Shown one piece after another: positions 50,841 to 64,000 of a stretch of 64,000 bases of DNA. How positions within the stretch are numbered: the stretch's first letter is position 1; each line of letters opens with the position of its first letter. A program made the translations under genes and the position numbers. The stretch is from assembly GCA_051362555.1 (NCBI GenBank), contig CM120644.1, positions 4,348,954-4,412,953 on the forward strand. The letters are read 5' to 3'. The notes under the pieces are model-generated. The model searched no databases, was not told where the DNA came from, and worked only from the letters and a program-made list of their open reading frames with translations. Source of the DNA: Lingula anatina (Eukaryota > Animalia > Brachiopoda).

Positions 50841-51323
50841 TAAAATACTATACAAAATCACGCCGCTTTATTTCAACATTCTTTGGAACAGACTACTAGC
50901 GCACCCTGTGGTGGGAGAGTAAGAGACAGGTGTTACCATTTATTAAACACTGGTACGAGGTACGACTCAGGGCTTATGATGAATTTAAAACATGTTGAAA
51001 GATACTTATCATTTGTCAAACATTTAGCCATATGTATTAATAAAGCAGATTGCTTGAATATTTATATTTAAATATCAATACAGAAAATAATAATGTATTC
51101 ATATTGAATATTTATATTTGAATATAAAAACAGAAAATAATACTGCACTCATGCAACTTCAACGATTGAGCTTCATGCCACTAAGTATCGACACAGCTAG
51201 ACAAACAAAAACATATCAACTTTTAACGAACTTTTGGCGGATACTTGATCTATAAAGCACTTTCTTAAATTTAATCCCATTTTAGAAATATGCCATGGAT
51301 GATTTGATAATTGAACTGTACAC

Positions 51324-51360
<37 letters not shown>

Positions 51361-51630
51361 AAAATGTCACTGTTGTTATGAAACGAAAAAGTATCGACGC
51401 AGCTAGACAAACAAAAACAATTCAAACATTTACAGAACTTTTGGCTCATACTCGAATGGGGTTTACGGATTAAAATGACGCCCAACACGCAATATAGATG
51501 TTTTTTCCAGTCCATGGAAATATGCTGTATTTTTCCCATAAAAGATATTCTTGATTTATTACAAGAGTGGTTTATTTTAGATAATGGCAATTAACATTAA
51601 AATCACTTGGTTTGTCCAGGTTGCACACGG

Positions 51631-51692
<62 letters not shown>

Positions 51693-52133
51693 GTTTATTG
51701 GATGAATGTTGATGACGAGTATATATATATTTTTATTTTATATATTAACTAAAAACAGGGGACAGGACAGTACTTATTGGAGGGGGGGGGGCGATGGCGG
51801 GGACGAGTTTAACCGGTCAAGTGAAGGTTAGTTAACAATGAGTATCACAGAACTGTGCTCTGGCGGTGCAATATATCGATACTAGATCACATCTCTTACA
51901 CCACTCCAGTAGAAAATATACCTTTCAGCCAAACAAACTTTTGCCGCCAGGAGTGTTTGCGTATGGCTATCATGTGCTTGTCAGTTTGAACAGAAACATG
52001 GTGTGAGCTATTCACGGCACTCTGTTACCTGTTGTCCCAGGACAAACAATTAAAGCCACGCACACACACTATAAAAACATACACAATCAATTCATGTACC
52101 TGTCTTAATGGACTAACGCCTAGTCAATTATAG

Positions 52134-52378
52134 GGCCGCGTTCGCATTTAACTCATATAGATCTTACCTTACGAGATGAATGACGTCGGAAGTCCTGATT
52201 GCAATCAAGCCTATGTCCGCTGAAAAACAATCCGATAAAATGAGCCGATATTTGAAATCTACTGTAAACTGATATTTATAGCCATCGTTGTGCAGCGACC
52301 CAATTGGCGTCACAGTCAAGTTGCGTCACTTGCACGCCGCGTCAGCTCGGTTCATTTAGAGCGTAACGTGAACGCAGC
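52134..52378. mobile_element. Possible old Harbinger-type MITE
   Basis: Imperfect terminal inverted repeats ggccgcgttcgcatt / aacgtgaacgcagct. Confidence 0.35.
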
Positions 52379-53113
52379 TTAGAATCCAATACTGTTCAAT
52401 CATTGGCTTTAAATGGGATAACATAGCCGAGTATTACCTGATGCTGAACACAGGTGTTTGTTATATTCAGGTAGATCGTCCGTGTGTGTTGGGAGATGCC
52501 GACATTGTGTAGCTGTGCGAGGCGCAAGAAGAGGGGGAACAGACGGGGAAGAATACGATTGTATCAATCACTTCAAGAATGGGTGTTAAAATATTTTCTA
52601 ATCGGCTAAGTGATATTCATTTTTGTTTAAATCAAGACCGCTACTCGAAAATATGCCACTCGAAGTAAATATAAGATGTAAAAATAGGCGTTAACATCCA
52701 GTGTTCTACATCCACGGTAAAAATTTAATGGCAATAAAATGCTTCTTATCTGCCAATCATTATACAATTTAAATATATTTGTTAAACGTGCTTATTTTAT
52801 CTGTTCACTGTAAATATTAAAGGCGGGTTTTCCATCTTCCCTAGATTCGCCGACCCAGCGGTTAGTAAACCGGGAAGCTTTTCTCCTTTACCCAGAGAGA
52901 CAATACATTAACCTCGTCGTACCCGACCCCCCCTCGACGTCACCCTCTCTCCACCCAAGCACATTGTCATCTCTCTCTGTAGTAACCAGACTGAAGAGCT
53001 CTCCCCGAGACGGTAAACATCCGAGGAAAATGTCACCAATTGCTCCTCAGGTTCAAAGTATGTAACCGACCAGTGACCAGGTGGAGTGGAAGAGCAGGCA
53101 CAGGTGTTTTTTG

Positions 53114-53126
53114 GTTGCTAGGTGAC
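53114..53126 (+). promoter_or_regulatory. X-box (RFX)-like motif upstream of a candidate non-coding first exon of the CNBD2-like gene
   Basis: GTTGCTAGGTGAC, then TATTAAG at ~53131 and a strong donor CAG|gtaagt at 53287/53288. Confidence 0.35.
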
Positions 53127-55029
53127 GACTTATTAAGGGGACAGTTACAGTGGATTAAGGTGCTCGAAGAGAGTGATCAGTGTCGGTGAGTGATCACCGG
53201 CGATTGATTACACGGCCTGCCAAGCATAATAGGGTTAACAATTTGGAAGACCTGCGACTAATTATTTTTCATTTAGGAGGACAACAGGTAAGTTGATGTT
53301 CAGTTACAGCTAATATTGTCTCCAGAAAATGCGCTTGAGTATTTCGACTGGTGTAATAGAATGTGAATTAATTGATGTAAGTAGTGTAGATTGATCTAAA
53401 CATCGGTCTACTAGTATATAAGTAGGACATGACGTATTCATGATGATAAAACTGCCTATGCATGATGATATTTCTATTGGTAAAAAAACATGATAGTATA
53501 TCCATCAATACTAAGGTCAGTACATTTGAATGAGTGTACCTAAATGTACGTGTACGGCCTAGTAGGGGTAAACCTACCTAAGACTGGTTTTGTTCGGTAC
53601 AAAAAAGGTCAAATAATGAATAGAACTGACTTTTACATCAGGTTTGTCTTTTAAGCAATAAAAATTGTGTCAGAAGACGAGCTTTGAGATATAAAGTTAC
53701 ATTTAAGGACAATAAGCGTTCATATCCAAATGCGAGAAAAAACAACTTGTTCGTAAACACAAAATAGGCCTGTATAAAGACGCACAAGCTATGAAGTGAT
53801 TCTTTCAGTGGGAGGCGGATGAGCTCATTTATTTCCACCCTTTTAATGATGGCAATATATATTTTATAACACGAAAGGATTGTCTACAATATAACCCAAA
53901 CACGTGTGTTTGTTCCATACACGGTGTCATAAATAATAAAAGAGAAACTAAAAACAGAGAGGATCAATAGCCAAAAATAGTAGAATATGCAAAAATCCAT
54001 AGGATTATGAATAAAGACGGGATAGAGAATAGAGCAATTCTCCAGGTTCACATGTTCTTCTATATAACACTTATATTATATCCAGGAATACAAATGGTAC
54101 ATGGTCACGTCTTTTCCAGGACGTACCAAGTTTTCTTTCTAATCCAATATTCATATATGAGGGTCTTCTCGGATGTCATTTAATTGATGATCTTTAAGTT
54201 CTATGTGTTTCAATTGTTAGCAAATACTCGATCGTTTTGAATTAGTTTTTCTTGTCATTAGTTTATGATTGTTTTTATTTTATAAGAAATGAAACTCATG
54301 CCATGAAAATGCTTGATTACAATCTTCGTTTTGGTGCCACTCACGATCACTGTGAGTATCTAAATTAACTTAATGGATACTTAACCATGAAAGGTACATT
54401 CAAACTTCTACTCTAAGAAGATGGGGCTTTAAAGGTTGAAAGTTTATCCTACAGGTGCAAAAATGCAAGAGAGAGAGAAAGAGAATAATAACTGAAAAAA
54501 AAACCTTTGGTGTGAATACTCCCAAACCAACGCTTGCATACGCTTGCACTTATCTGAACTTTCGACCACACACATTCACACGCAATTTAACTCAACGCAT
54601 GCACGCACACGCATAGTCGTGGTTACCTCCAGGTTTAGTTCATTCACCCAACAAAGTTAATCAAATGTCACTCTAGACCACTATAGGGGCTTTCTTTTAC
54701 TATCAGAATTATTTCCTACTCTCCATTGTCACCCTTATTTTCAGAGGCACTGGGCTCTCGTCTCCATAGCCAGTATGCTATGACCGCAGCCTGGTCGACC
54801 CTCTACCAGGGCCACGCATATAATTTTCACATGATATTCACGGTTATTTCTCTGTCTATCTACTACATGTGTAGCTGTGCACATCTTTGTCCTGCGAGGC
54901 ACCCAAGATTTCTGAGCAAAAATATGATAAGAATTTATTCAGACATTGATATACATATATAAAATAAACATAACGGAAATTGAAGTTTTGAAGTATAATA
55001 TGTTTCTAAAAGTCTATTTTTTTGTTTGT

Positions 55030-55145
55030 TGAAACGAGGAACAGCAGACGGATAAAAGCTCCTTAAAATATTTCTTGATCCTCTAAACGTTAAAAGTCTA
55101 CACTTGCTAGGTAAGAAATTAAAAAGCCCAATCGAACATAATTTT
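55030..55145 (-). mobile_element. Rex1/Babar(CR1-group) LINE 3' remnant
   Basis: Translation FNFLPSKCRLLTFRGSRNILRSFYPSAVPRFN resembles the ORF2 C-terminal motif LPS..R......R...SF.P.A.R..N. Confidence 0.55.
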
Positions 55146-57937
55146 TTTGTAAGTGACACTTAAAGAGGGGAGATCAAGGCCAATGATTTTACTGCACGTT
55201 TTTGTCATGACATCAACTACATATAAGTCATAACCCAGCCGCCCTCTGCTCTACATAGATTAGCCTGTCTGGATGTGGCTATCGCGAAGCAAGGCACCGG
55301 CGAAATTCCAGTTCCCTCGGTTACTAAGGGAAACGTTGGATACTTCAGTATCGTTCTACCTTCTCGTAAGAAGACAAACATTTTGGTCTAAAATCTGAGA
55401 CCATATTTCGATCTATATTGCCCTTTTTTGAAAACAATCCCAAGTTTCCTCAAATGACCGACAGCTGAAAGCAGTAGCCGTCCGTTTAAAATCCGATGTA
55501 TCATGATCAGTTTACCAGCTATATATTGCTTATCTTATAAGATATCTAGCTGATATATATTTTAAGAGTTAGGGCATACTTTATGTGGATTTTATAAGGG
55601 AAAATAGTTGAATCGCCCCTCGAAGTCATTGGGCTTTTCAGAAATATAGAAAGGGTTGGTGAATTAAGCGAACGACAACAAGAGTGTTTTTTCTATTTAT
55701 TTATTTGTTTGTGTTAATATAATAGTACATATTACTCATCAAATGTAAGTATACAGCTTCAAATCATGATTATTGAAAAGTTATCTTGGTAACTACACAC
55801 TGTCTTTTTTTCGAATACAAAAATAGAGAATAAAGAAACACAATATATGACAAACAGATAAAAGAATAAATATTTGAATAGATGAATAAAAACACTGTAG
55901 TGGAACCAAACCCTTGGTACAACATTTTTGTGGAAAATCAATGCCTTGAAATAAGCAAAAAATCCATTAAGTAGATTAAAAATATTTTCCAACGATTTTA
56001 TTTCATCGTCTATCACCTTGCATATACAAAGGTAGGCTGCTGGTTCCCACATTATATGGAAATTAATTGATGTAAAAATCATTCACAAGCCCATTTTTAT
56101 TCCTTCTATCAGTGAGCACGAGTTCTCACGTTTGTTATTCAAAACGTGACAATAGTTTGAATTACGGTCAACTCCTATCTCTTTGATCGAATGGATTGCT
56201 TAATGGTTCGAAGAAAGAACGACATTAAGGTTAAAACACGTACGGTAGATATTTTTTAATGGAACTAGTGGATCTTTTGTGCCAATCAACGCGTTCTTCG
56301 ATTGAACACATAGCTGGTGCTTTATTTGGCGGTCGCCTCTTAGATTAATGTTCGATATCTAAGTTTCCTGTCAGGTAAGACTAATTCACCGAGCTCGCGT
56401 TAGTTATGAAAATGTTGCGTAGGAGTCCGTAAGGGTACATAAACGGGTGAGGTGGGGGTGGCGTAGTTGAACCTGAACCCCTCACTCTTTTAGTTCTAAG
56501 CGCAGAGAGCAATGGATATGAGTGTGAATAGTACACTTCGGTAAATAATCAAAATATTTAAATGAGAACCAAGCCAATCATGCCCAATATCTACTCATGA
56601 TACGTGACCCCCTACCGTACACACACACACACACGCGCGCGCGCGCACGCGCTCTTAAAGATGCTTTTTTTTATACCTTTATTTTTATTCAGACCAGTCT
56701 ACCCCAACCTTTTCCATTATATATGCTCTATTTTTCGTGATGCCGATCAGGTCGAATGAACAAGGTTGACTGCAATGCTTTTAGAATTCTGCTTCAGATC
56801 ATCCAAATACTATACAACCAGCATGGATGGCGTCACATCAATCAATTGAAGTTAATATAGATTACGATTTCATAAAGACATCAGGTTTAATATGAAGCTC
56901 CAACAAAAAAAAAGCAATACGAGTCTTACAATGCACGGTTTCAGTTCTTGCCTGCTGCTTATGCCACCAATCAAAATAAAGCCAAGATCGGATTTGGCAA
57001 CAGGCTTTATCAAACTGTCAAACTATTATTTAGCTTAAAACCTGGGAAGGGTGTTTACATTTCATTAAGAGCTGCGAAAACCTAATTGCTACCAACACCA
57101 AATTGATGAACAATTTGTGGACAAAATTGGAACTGCGCTGATTCAAAAAGAGGACATTGATTCTGTGAGTAAACCCGAAAGGTCCGTCCTAGAATGTGAG
57201 TTTATTTGAGAAGAGAGATTCGAACAAATACTTCGTTGCCGTGAAATGTTGACTTTGTCTGCGGTATGCGACAAAAAATCGAACATTTTTTCATTAGAGA
57301 CAATTCCACGAGAGTCCGGTCAATCTTTGAAGGACAAACACTGAGAACAATTCACAAACCTCAGACCAACCCATTACAACTCGTTCTCACTGGACCAAAT
57401 TTCTGTTCCTATGGTGTACATATATTTATATAGCACTATCGCGTCGCCGTTACTGTCATAATCAAACAGTGATTCGATACGTAGAAGCAATGAAGTTAAG
57501 TCAGTGCGCCATTATCGAATTATTTCCTTCGCTTAAAGACCCACTTTTCTGATCAATAAGCACAGTAGGTTTAATGGACTTGACATAACACGTTTAAACA
57601 GTAATGTTACACCATGTTTCTGAAACTGAAATTCAGTAGCAGGCACACACAAACTTAATCCAGACTCAAGCTTAAGAACACATTGTACCGTTTTCGTACA
57701 CATTGTGCGGCAATTAATATCGGGTCGGAATCACGGATGGCAAGTTTAGGTAGCCTTGTTACAATACTTTAGAAATATTTATATATCAGGTGTGTAGGGT
57801 AAGAAAGGGACTTTTAAAAAGGCAGAGTGGAGTCAAAACGACAATGGGCGGTTACAGTCACATCAAATCATCTTGATGTCCAAGGGTTAGCTATGGTTAG
57901 TTTGCTAATTAGCATCTATAAACATCACCTTCTGCGT

Positions 57938-57990
<53 letters not shown>

Positions 57991-59645
57991 GTGAGCATCT
58001 TTGAATAGGTTTTCAGACTGGCGTTCATTCCATCTAAATATTTAAGAGTATCGTCAGGGTTTCCATATGGTCAAAAGAAGGTCCTCTCTGAATCAAACAT
58101 TTATGTGCATAGAACCTTTTCCATTTCTCATTTCACGGTAAAAAAAATATATATATTCAGGAAAAGAACTCCCACTTTAAAATTGCTGGCGAAAGCACTG
58201 TCCATCTATACTCTATTTCAGTACATATAATTAATTCTAAAAATGTCTCGTTTATAAACATTAAGCCTCAGTAACTTAATGCCGCGTGAGTAGTTTTGTT
58301 AATTGCAGTGGCAGAGGAACCCTTTTTTGTTCAGTGCCAGTGGATGTGGCTTATATATTAAAACGTCATTGATTAACTTCTGTGGGGACAAATTGATTAA
58401 GTTAACTTAACTTGATGCTAAGGTTGCCATTAGCGGAGCGACCTTAGGTAGGACTTAACTTACACGACTGCGTTCCAATGAACTCTTTTTAACAATAATC
58501 AGAGGCTTGTTATCATACTAAATTGATATGGTATCGAAACGAATCCAACTGGAAACTATTATCCAAATGATGTGATCCATTATAAAATGATTAAACAAGC
58601 CCTACATATATAACGTGAAGGATTAAATTGCCTGCTTTTTCTTTCGCGTTTATTCTGAAGGTATTTCCTTCTTATTTATGACATCGGGATAGAATTAAAG
58701 GTGAGCAATTTAAAAGCGCTGGGAGTTTTTATGACTGTGTATCGTATTTCTCTGGGGATTTCAATTTACTGGGATATGTTGACGAATGGGGTGTGTTTAA
58801 AGGTCTCGCGAAGGTCAGGCAACTAGTGTGAAGAAATAAACAGATGCAGATGAAAACATGCGTGCGCTACTCTTTAGTAGAAATATTAATTGAATAACTC
58901 TTTTTCGAATTATCGAAAAGCTTTCCTTAGAAAATCAATACCGCAGGTAGAGCAATTAAAACGTCCTTTGATCTCCCTTTGTAACAGGTGTTCGTAATGG
59001 GCAAATAAGTCTTAATCTTCACTATTAAGTAAGATATAGTAAGATTAAATGATAATTGAAGTAAGCGCTTAGAAACGCTTTACGTATTCATATTCTGATG
59101 CATACAATACCGGAGTATTGACATAAGAATGGAGTTTTACTGGACCAGATAAAGTATATAGTATTATTACATACAATCGGTTCAAAATCGCACGATTTAT
59201 ACAGTCTACTCAAAGCTGCTATTAAACTGTGGTTGATGGGAATCCATAAGGATCATAAGATCGATAAGTATCTACGCTAACAAAACCATAGCCAACGTAA
59301 TACGGGGAACACTTTTATTTGACATTTACCTCTGGCCTTAACTTGGGTACAAACTGCTAACAGTATTGGGAGTATAAACTTTGTGAAAGAGAGTAAGGTG
59401 ATCTTGTAATAAATAAATAAATAAATAAATAACAGTACCGACAGACCTTTTGTATCATTTGTTACGTTATATTGTAGTTATACTTTATCTCTTTCAGATT
59501 AAATCCACATCTTTTTTCTTATTCCAGACAACATTGTCCTCAAATCAGCGCCGGGGATTAAAAACGTAATTTCTTTCAACAATTGGCAAATACAGATTGT
59601 CTTTCACTGATCTTCAAGACGAACAACTTCGCAAACAAGTTAAAA

Positions 59646-60936
59646 ATGTCAAGCGCAAAAGGAGATAAACACGTTAAATTTGGATTAGGTGAGCGTTTGG
59701 TTTTTCTTAAGGATGATTCTAACAGGGAAAGAACGCCAAACTTAATAGGAAGGGAAAGCAAGAATGGAAGATATGGGAATAGTACGCTCGAGAACAAATC
59801 GACTTCTTTTTCTCCCTCCTCTTCTTCTTCGAATTCACCTCGGCATATTCGTGCGCTCACAGCAGCTGGCAGACGAGCGGATTCCAAAGGCAACTTTCGC
59901 AGTCGCACCTCTCTTGGAAAATTTTCAGAAAGAGACTCTCAGATGGACAATGTTGCAGATGTTAGCATTCCACAGGTTTCAAAGGAGAGAAAACACATCA
60001 AAAGTGCCCTTCGCTCTTCTAAAGAAACGAGAGAAACCAGCATTACTGACCAAAGAGTCCAATTTGCAGACGATAGAATTAAAGGTAATCGATCTCCTCG
60101 CTCAACGATCTTGCCAAAGATTAAAGTCGCATTTTCTGATGGATCAGATAGCACAGAAAATGCTTTTCAAAAGGACCTCACTGATATTAATTCGAATTTA
60201 ACCGATGCAAGCGACCAAAACCACAATTCCGGTGTGATAAAGTCCAACTCTGGTGACGAAGATAAAATGCCTGCTGGGCAATCTTTTGACACCACGGCAG
60301 CTAATGAAACTGCCATTAAAAACCCTCTAGTCACTAAAATTACACAGGACGGATTGATGGCGTTTCCACTATCGGGTGACTCCGAGAGTGATAAATCGTC
60401 CGAACTAGGGCAAGATCGGATAAATTCGGAAAACATCGGTTATAGTCGTGAGGATTCGATCACACTTACACAGGGAAGCGAACACTATGCAAAAAGGGAC
60501 CAGGAACTGAAAGAAAATAATTCGCCAAAGGTCTCCTTTACGGACCAACCTTTAGGAGGCAACACGCAAGTTTCCACAGAAACAGGGAAAGGCAGTGATA
60601 AACACGTCGAAGAGCCCAACAAAGGCACAGGGGCAGACGATAATTCTGAGATTGACGAGGAAACTAAGGCGAAACTGCAGATGATATTTTGGTTGAAGCA
60701 GAAACGGGCAAGAGAGAAAAAAGAAAAACTGGAAAAACAGAAGAGTGATAGATTTAAAAAGTCCAAGGTGAGGTGATTATTTTTACCTTGTATCATTTTA
60801 CTTAGCAGTAATTCTACTCTGCCACACTCTCCAAACCATCCCTCACATGCCGGTCTTTGAACACACGCGCGCACACGTGTATACATACACACTCGCACAC
60901 TGGCAAACGTGCGCACACGCGCACGCGTTATAGCTC

Positions 60937-60991
<55 letters not shown>

Positions 60992-62923
60992 TAGTTTATC
61001 AACAGAACTGAACAACAGCGCGTGCATTCCGGTATTTATATAATATTTGTTTGTTTGTTTATTTGTGGTTGTTGTTTATTCCTCTTATGTATGTAACACG
61101 GGTTTCATTTCCTCATTTTATGCCCATTATCACGGAAAATACTCATTTTGTGGAACACATTTTCAAGTAGAGCCATAAAAGTACTTTATAACTTTTTTAT
61201 GACTACAAAACATCAGTACCAGTAGTTCTTTCTATGGGATTTGGGGCCGCGGACATTACGTGGTGAAGGGATTAAATAATGCCATTAGCGTAATTTACAA
61301 GCGCCCTTAAAACTAAAAAAAGAACATGAACAATCCATCCCGAGAAAATGGGGTGCCATATTATTTTATGTCTTTCTTTTTTATTTCCGGCAAGAATTAT
61401 TCATCCAGTTAAGAAAGTGTAGCTTTATATGCTAGCAGTCACGTATTTGCTTATTCACACACGCACGCACATACGCGTGTGCACTTATTTCCCTAAATGC
61501 ATAAGCACAAGCACGTTTGATAGCTTTAAGTCTGGAGTAATAAAAAACATTTATGCAAAAACAGAAACTTTGTATTTATATTAAAAGAGAAAAGCGAACC
61601 GACCTACCCTTGCAATGGGCTGTTTATTTGTTAATTCCTTGCATTTACGGAAACGTATTAATAAGCACGTAGTGAATCGCTAGGGTCTGTTTTAAAAAAG
61701 CGACTAATACCTAAAATCGATTTAACCAAAGACTGCGGTGGAACTTAGCAGACTATGTCACACTTCAGAGTAATCTATAAGGTCTCAAGTCAAAGCCATT
61801 TTTTTATAAATAACCCAGAGGGGATTTGAAACGTCTTGGCGACGATTTTCGCCACGGTTGTTGACATATTCCATTAAAACAACTACATTAACTGTGGGCT
61901 ATCGTTCGAAAGGCGCCCATGTTCCGATACTGCAGCGTTGACTTTACGAAAAAAAACATCTCTGTATACTTGCCCAAGAACAACTTGCAGCCATGTTCTT
62001 AAACGTGCCCCGGGTCACTGCTAAGCACGAGAAACCACAAGCGAACGTGATACCATTATCTTACAATTCTTGACACACACTTAAGTGGTGCGGGCCAAGG
62101 GTGAACAGTAAAGAGTAATATAATGCCACAGAAGCTGGGAAGGGGGCATGTTTTACGGGTTTTCACTCAATGCCATACAACGGGTGCGTTACTGGAATGT
62201 GTTCAGGCTCTATTGCGTATGATCCTTCTACATGTTTAATACTGTAGAAAAGCGCAGTTAAAGTGATATAATATTATATGTAATGTAAGAAAATTTATTG
62301 TAACCTATGCGCCGGCATTTACTGGCAAAATCGCAAATATTTATTTTTATGGAAATATGACATTATTGAATTAGGTAATGATTTTATTTTTATTTATTTA
62401 TTTTTTTTTTTTTTGGAACAGAAAATGTTATCTAATTTTTTGTGTGTGTTTCCTAAAAGTCGAAATAAACATTTTTTTCGATATAAAAATGCTAATTATT
62501 GGTCCATTTTGCTCTAATTCTCTAAATCTACCTTTTAATCGAGAAGAACATTAGGAGTAATTTAATGTCACCTAAGCTGGGGTGAGGGCATGTTTTACGA
62601 GTTTTCACTCAGTGGCTTACATCGATCAAAATAACTTGGACAAATACATCGTGTTCAGTTTTTTTCGTGACAAAATTTAGGCTAAGGTTTTAAGAAACTG
62701 TAAATTTAATCAATGTCATATCAAAAGAAAAATCTCTAACCAATCTCTTAATGGCCTTAACTTTACTTTTTATTTAATTCTTAACTATATATTTTTTTCG
62801 AAATTCTTTTTATTTTTCTTCTTTTCGTTCTTTTTTCTTTTGGAAATAGCGGCATTGACTCACATAATGCCGATTTGCCATTCAATTCAGTGTTTAACTT
62901 CGATGGAACTTGACAATTTTTCA

Positions 62924-62954
<31 letters not shown>

Positions 62955-63701
62955 TTCTCACATTTCAGGCTAGAAAACAGTTCCATGACGCAATATGGAA
63001 GGTTCGCTGGATCATCCGCTTCAAGATCCTGATGAAAAACCTCAGTGCCAGAAAAACCACGCAGTCAGCCACAGAGGCGCATTGGCACGCGACAAATATG
63101 GTCAAAGAAGACTTGGACAAGCCGCTGATCTTTAACAAGTTGTTCTTCGCTAAGGACAGGGTAAGGGCATGCGGTAATTACTAGAGAGTGAAACGACAGA
63201 AAAAAAGGCGCCCATGCCAAGCACTAAAATTGTGACCCACTTTTAACAACTTGCATTTGAATAAAGTGATTTTTTGTTCAATCAACAGCTAAATATTGAA
63301 ATGGTTTACCTCCAATATTTCGATGTCTAACAGGACATCTTTATAATTCCCAATGATATTTAGCTGTTGATTGAAGAAAAAAAACACTTTATTCTTATAA
63401 AAGAGCACAGCTGATGAAATTCTATAACTGACTTTTTGTGTGTGTGTGGGGGGGGGTATGCGACAGTGCATTGATGTAACTTACCATACTTAAATTAATA
63501 AAAGAATTAATGTAATTATTTCTTGATATAGGCGTACGACCGTGTGCCACACTGGGCTCAGGAAGTTCTCAGGAAAGAACCAGATCAGAGAACAGACGTG
63601 GAGTGTAGGAGAATACACGTGCTACTTCGCGGGTTGAAGGGAATGAATCGCTTCACAGAGAGAATACAGCTATATATGTGTAAAACTGCTTGGTATCAGA
63701 G
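59646..63701 (+). CDS. Cyclic nucleotide-binding domain protein (CNBD2/CNBD1-like), 5' part; gene continues beyond the window
   Basis: Exons 59646-60767 (long disordered N-terminus; acceptor at ~59497), 62969-63160 and 63532-63701; phase-consistent. The third exon, VLRKEPDQRTDVECRRIHVLLRGLKGMNRFTERIQLYMCKTAWYQ, matches the helical segment preceding cNMP-binding domains. The domain itself is not in the window. Confidence 0.7.
60939..60990. repeat. (TA)n microsatellite
   Basis: Directly visible. Confidence 0.95.
63280..63423. mobile_element. Second, truncated copy of the 44.3-44.6 kb inverted-repeat element
   Basis: The minus strand has aagatgtcctgttagacatcgaaatattggaggtaaa (hammerhead 3' half, CTGANGA missing); the plus strand has agctgttgattgaagaaaaa...ttcttataa...cacagctgatgaaattct. 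Confidence 0.65.
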
Positions 63702-63708
63702 GTAGGGA

Positions 63709-63749
<41 letters not shown>

Positions 63750-63888
63750 TGCTTGCTGTGCAATTTTGTTAGCATGTTTATATTTGTGGATTTTGTATGA
63801 TTGCCCGATACAAGTAGTAATAGAGAGGAATGATTTTAGTTTCAACAAATCTTACTTTAAAAAACCAAACGTCGACTAATAATATCAC

Positions 63889-63955
63889 ATGAATTGTTGA
63901 ATTAATAGTATCACAGACAATGCTTGTCTGTGATACTATTAATTCAACAATTCAT
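63889..63955. repeat. Perfect 67-bp hairpin (32-bp arms, 3-nt loop)
   Basis: atgaattgttgaattaatagtatcacagacaa-tgc-ttgtctgtgatactattaattcaacaattcat. Confidence 0.92.
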
Positions 63956-64000
63956 ATATATATATAGCAGACTAATGAACTTTTTTAAGAGCTAGTAATA

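Noticed and set aside
59576-60916. Several antisense or overlapping ORFs over the large exon (also over the kinase and GT31 exons)
   Set aside because: Shadow frames of real coding exons, with no motifs or splice support.
1-64000. Prokaryotic-type operon, defence system or horizontally acquired island
   Set aside because: All genes are metazoan families with spliceosomal splice signals; no bacterial or viral signatures seen.

Overview
Eukaryotic, AT-rich, intron-containing genomic DNA with many microsatellites. Gene content points to an invertebrate, probably a lophotrochozoan such as a mollusc; the species cannot be fixed from sequence alone. I built gene models by hand from GT-AG sites and phase continuity. 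In order: a degenerate Tc1/mariner end; a GT31 (B3GALT-like) gene; an 11-exon class B1 GPCR of the CRF/DH44(ELH)-receptor type; a 2-exon protein kinase; a 6-coding-exon RDH/HSD17B6-like SDR; a 10-exon divergent nAChR-like subunit; three tandem GT31 paralogs; and the 5' part of a CNBD2-like gene. Between and inside them are several MITE families, LINE 3' remnants and a Penelope-type minimal hammerhead motif. Top finding: a previously hidden first exon gives the kinase a signal peptide, followed by a sequon-rich stalk, a near-canonical ePK domain and a C-terminal TM, so the kinase domain is predicted to be luminal or extracellular (an ecto-kinase topology). Other highlights: the nAChR-like subunit lacks the ACh aromatic box and carries Thr at the M2 9' gate, and the GT31 paralogs show complementary losses of metal-binding residues.
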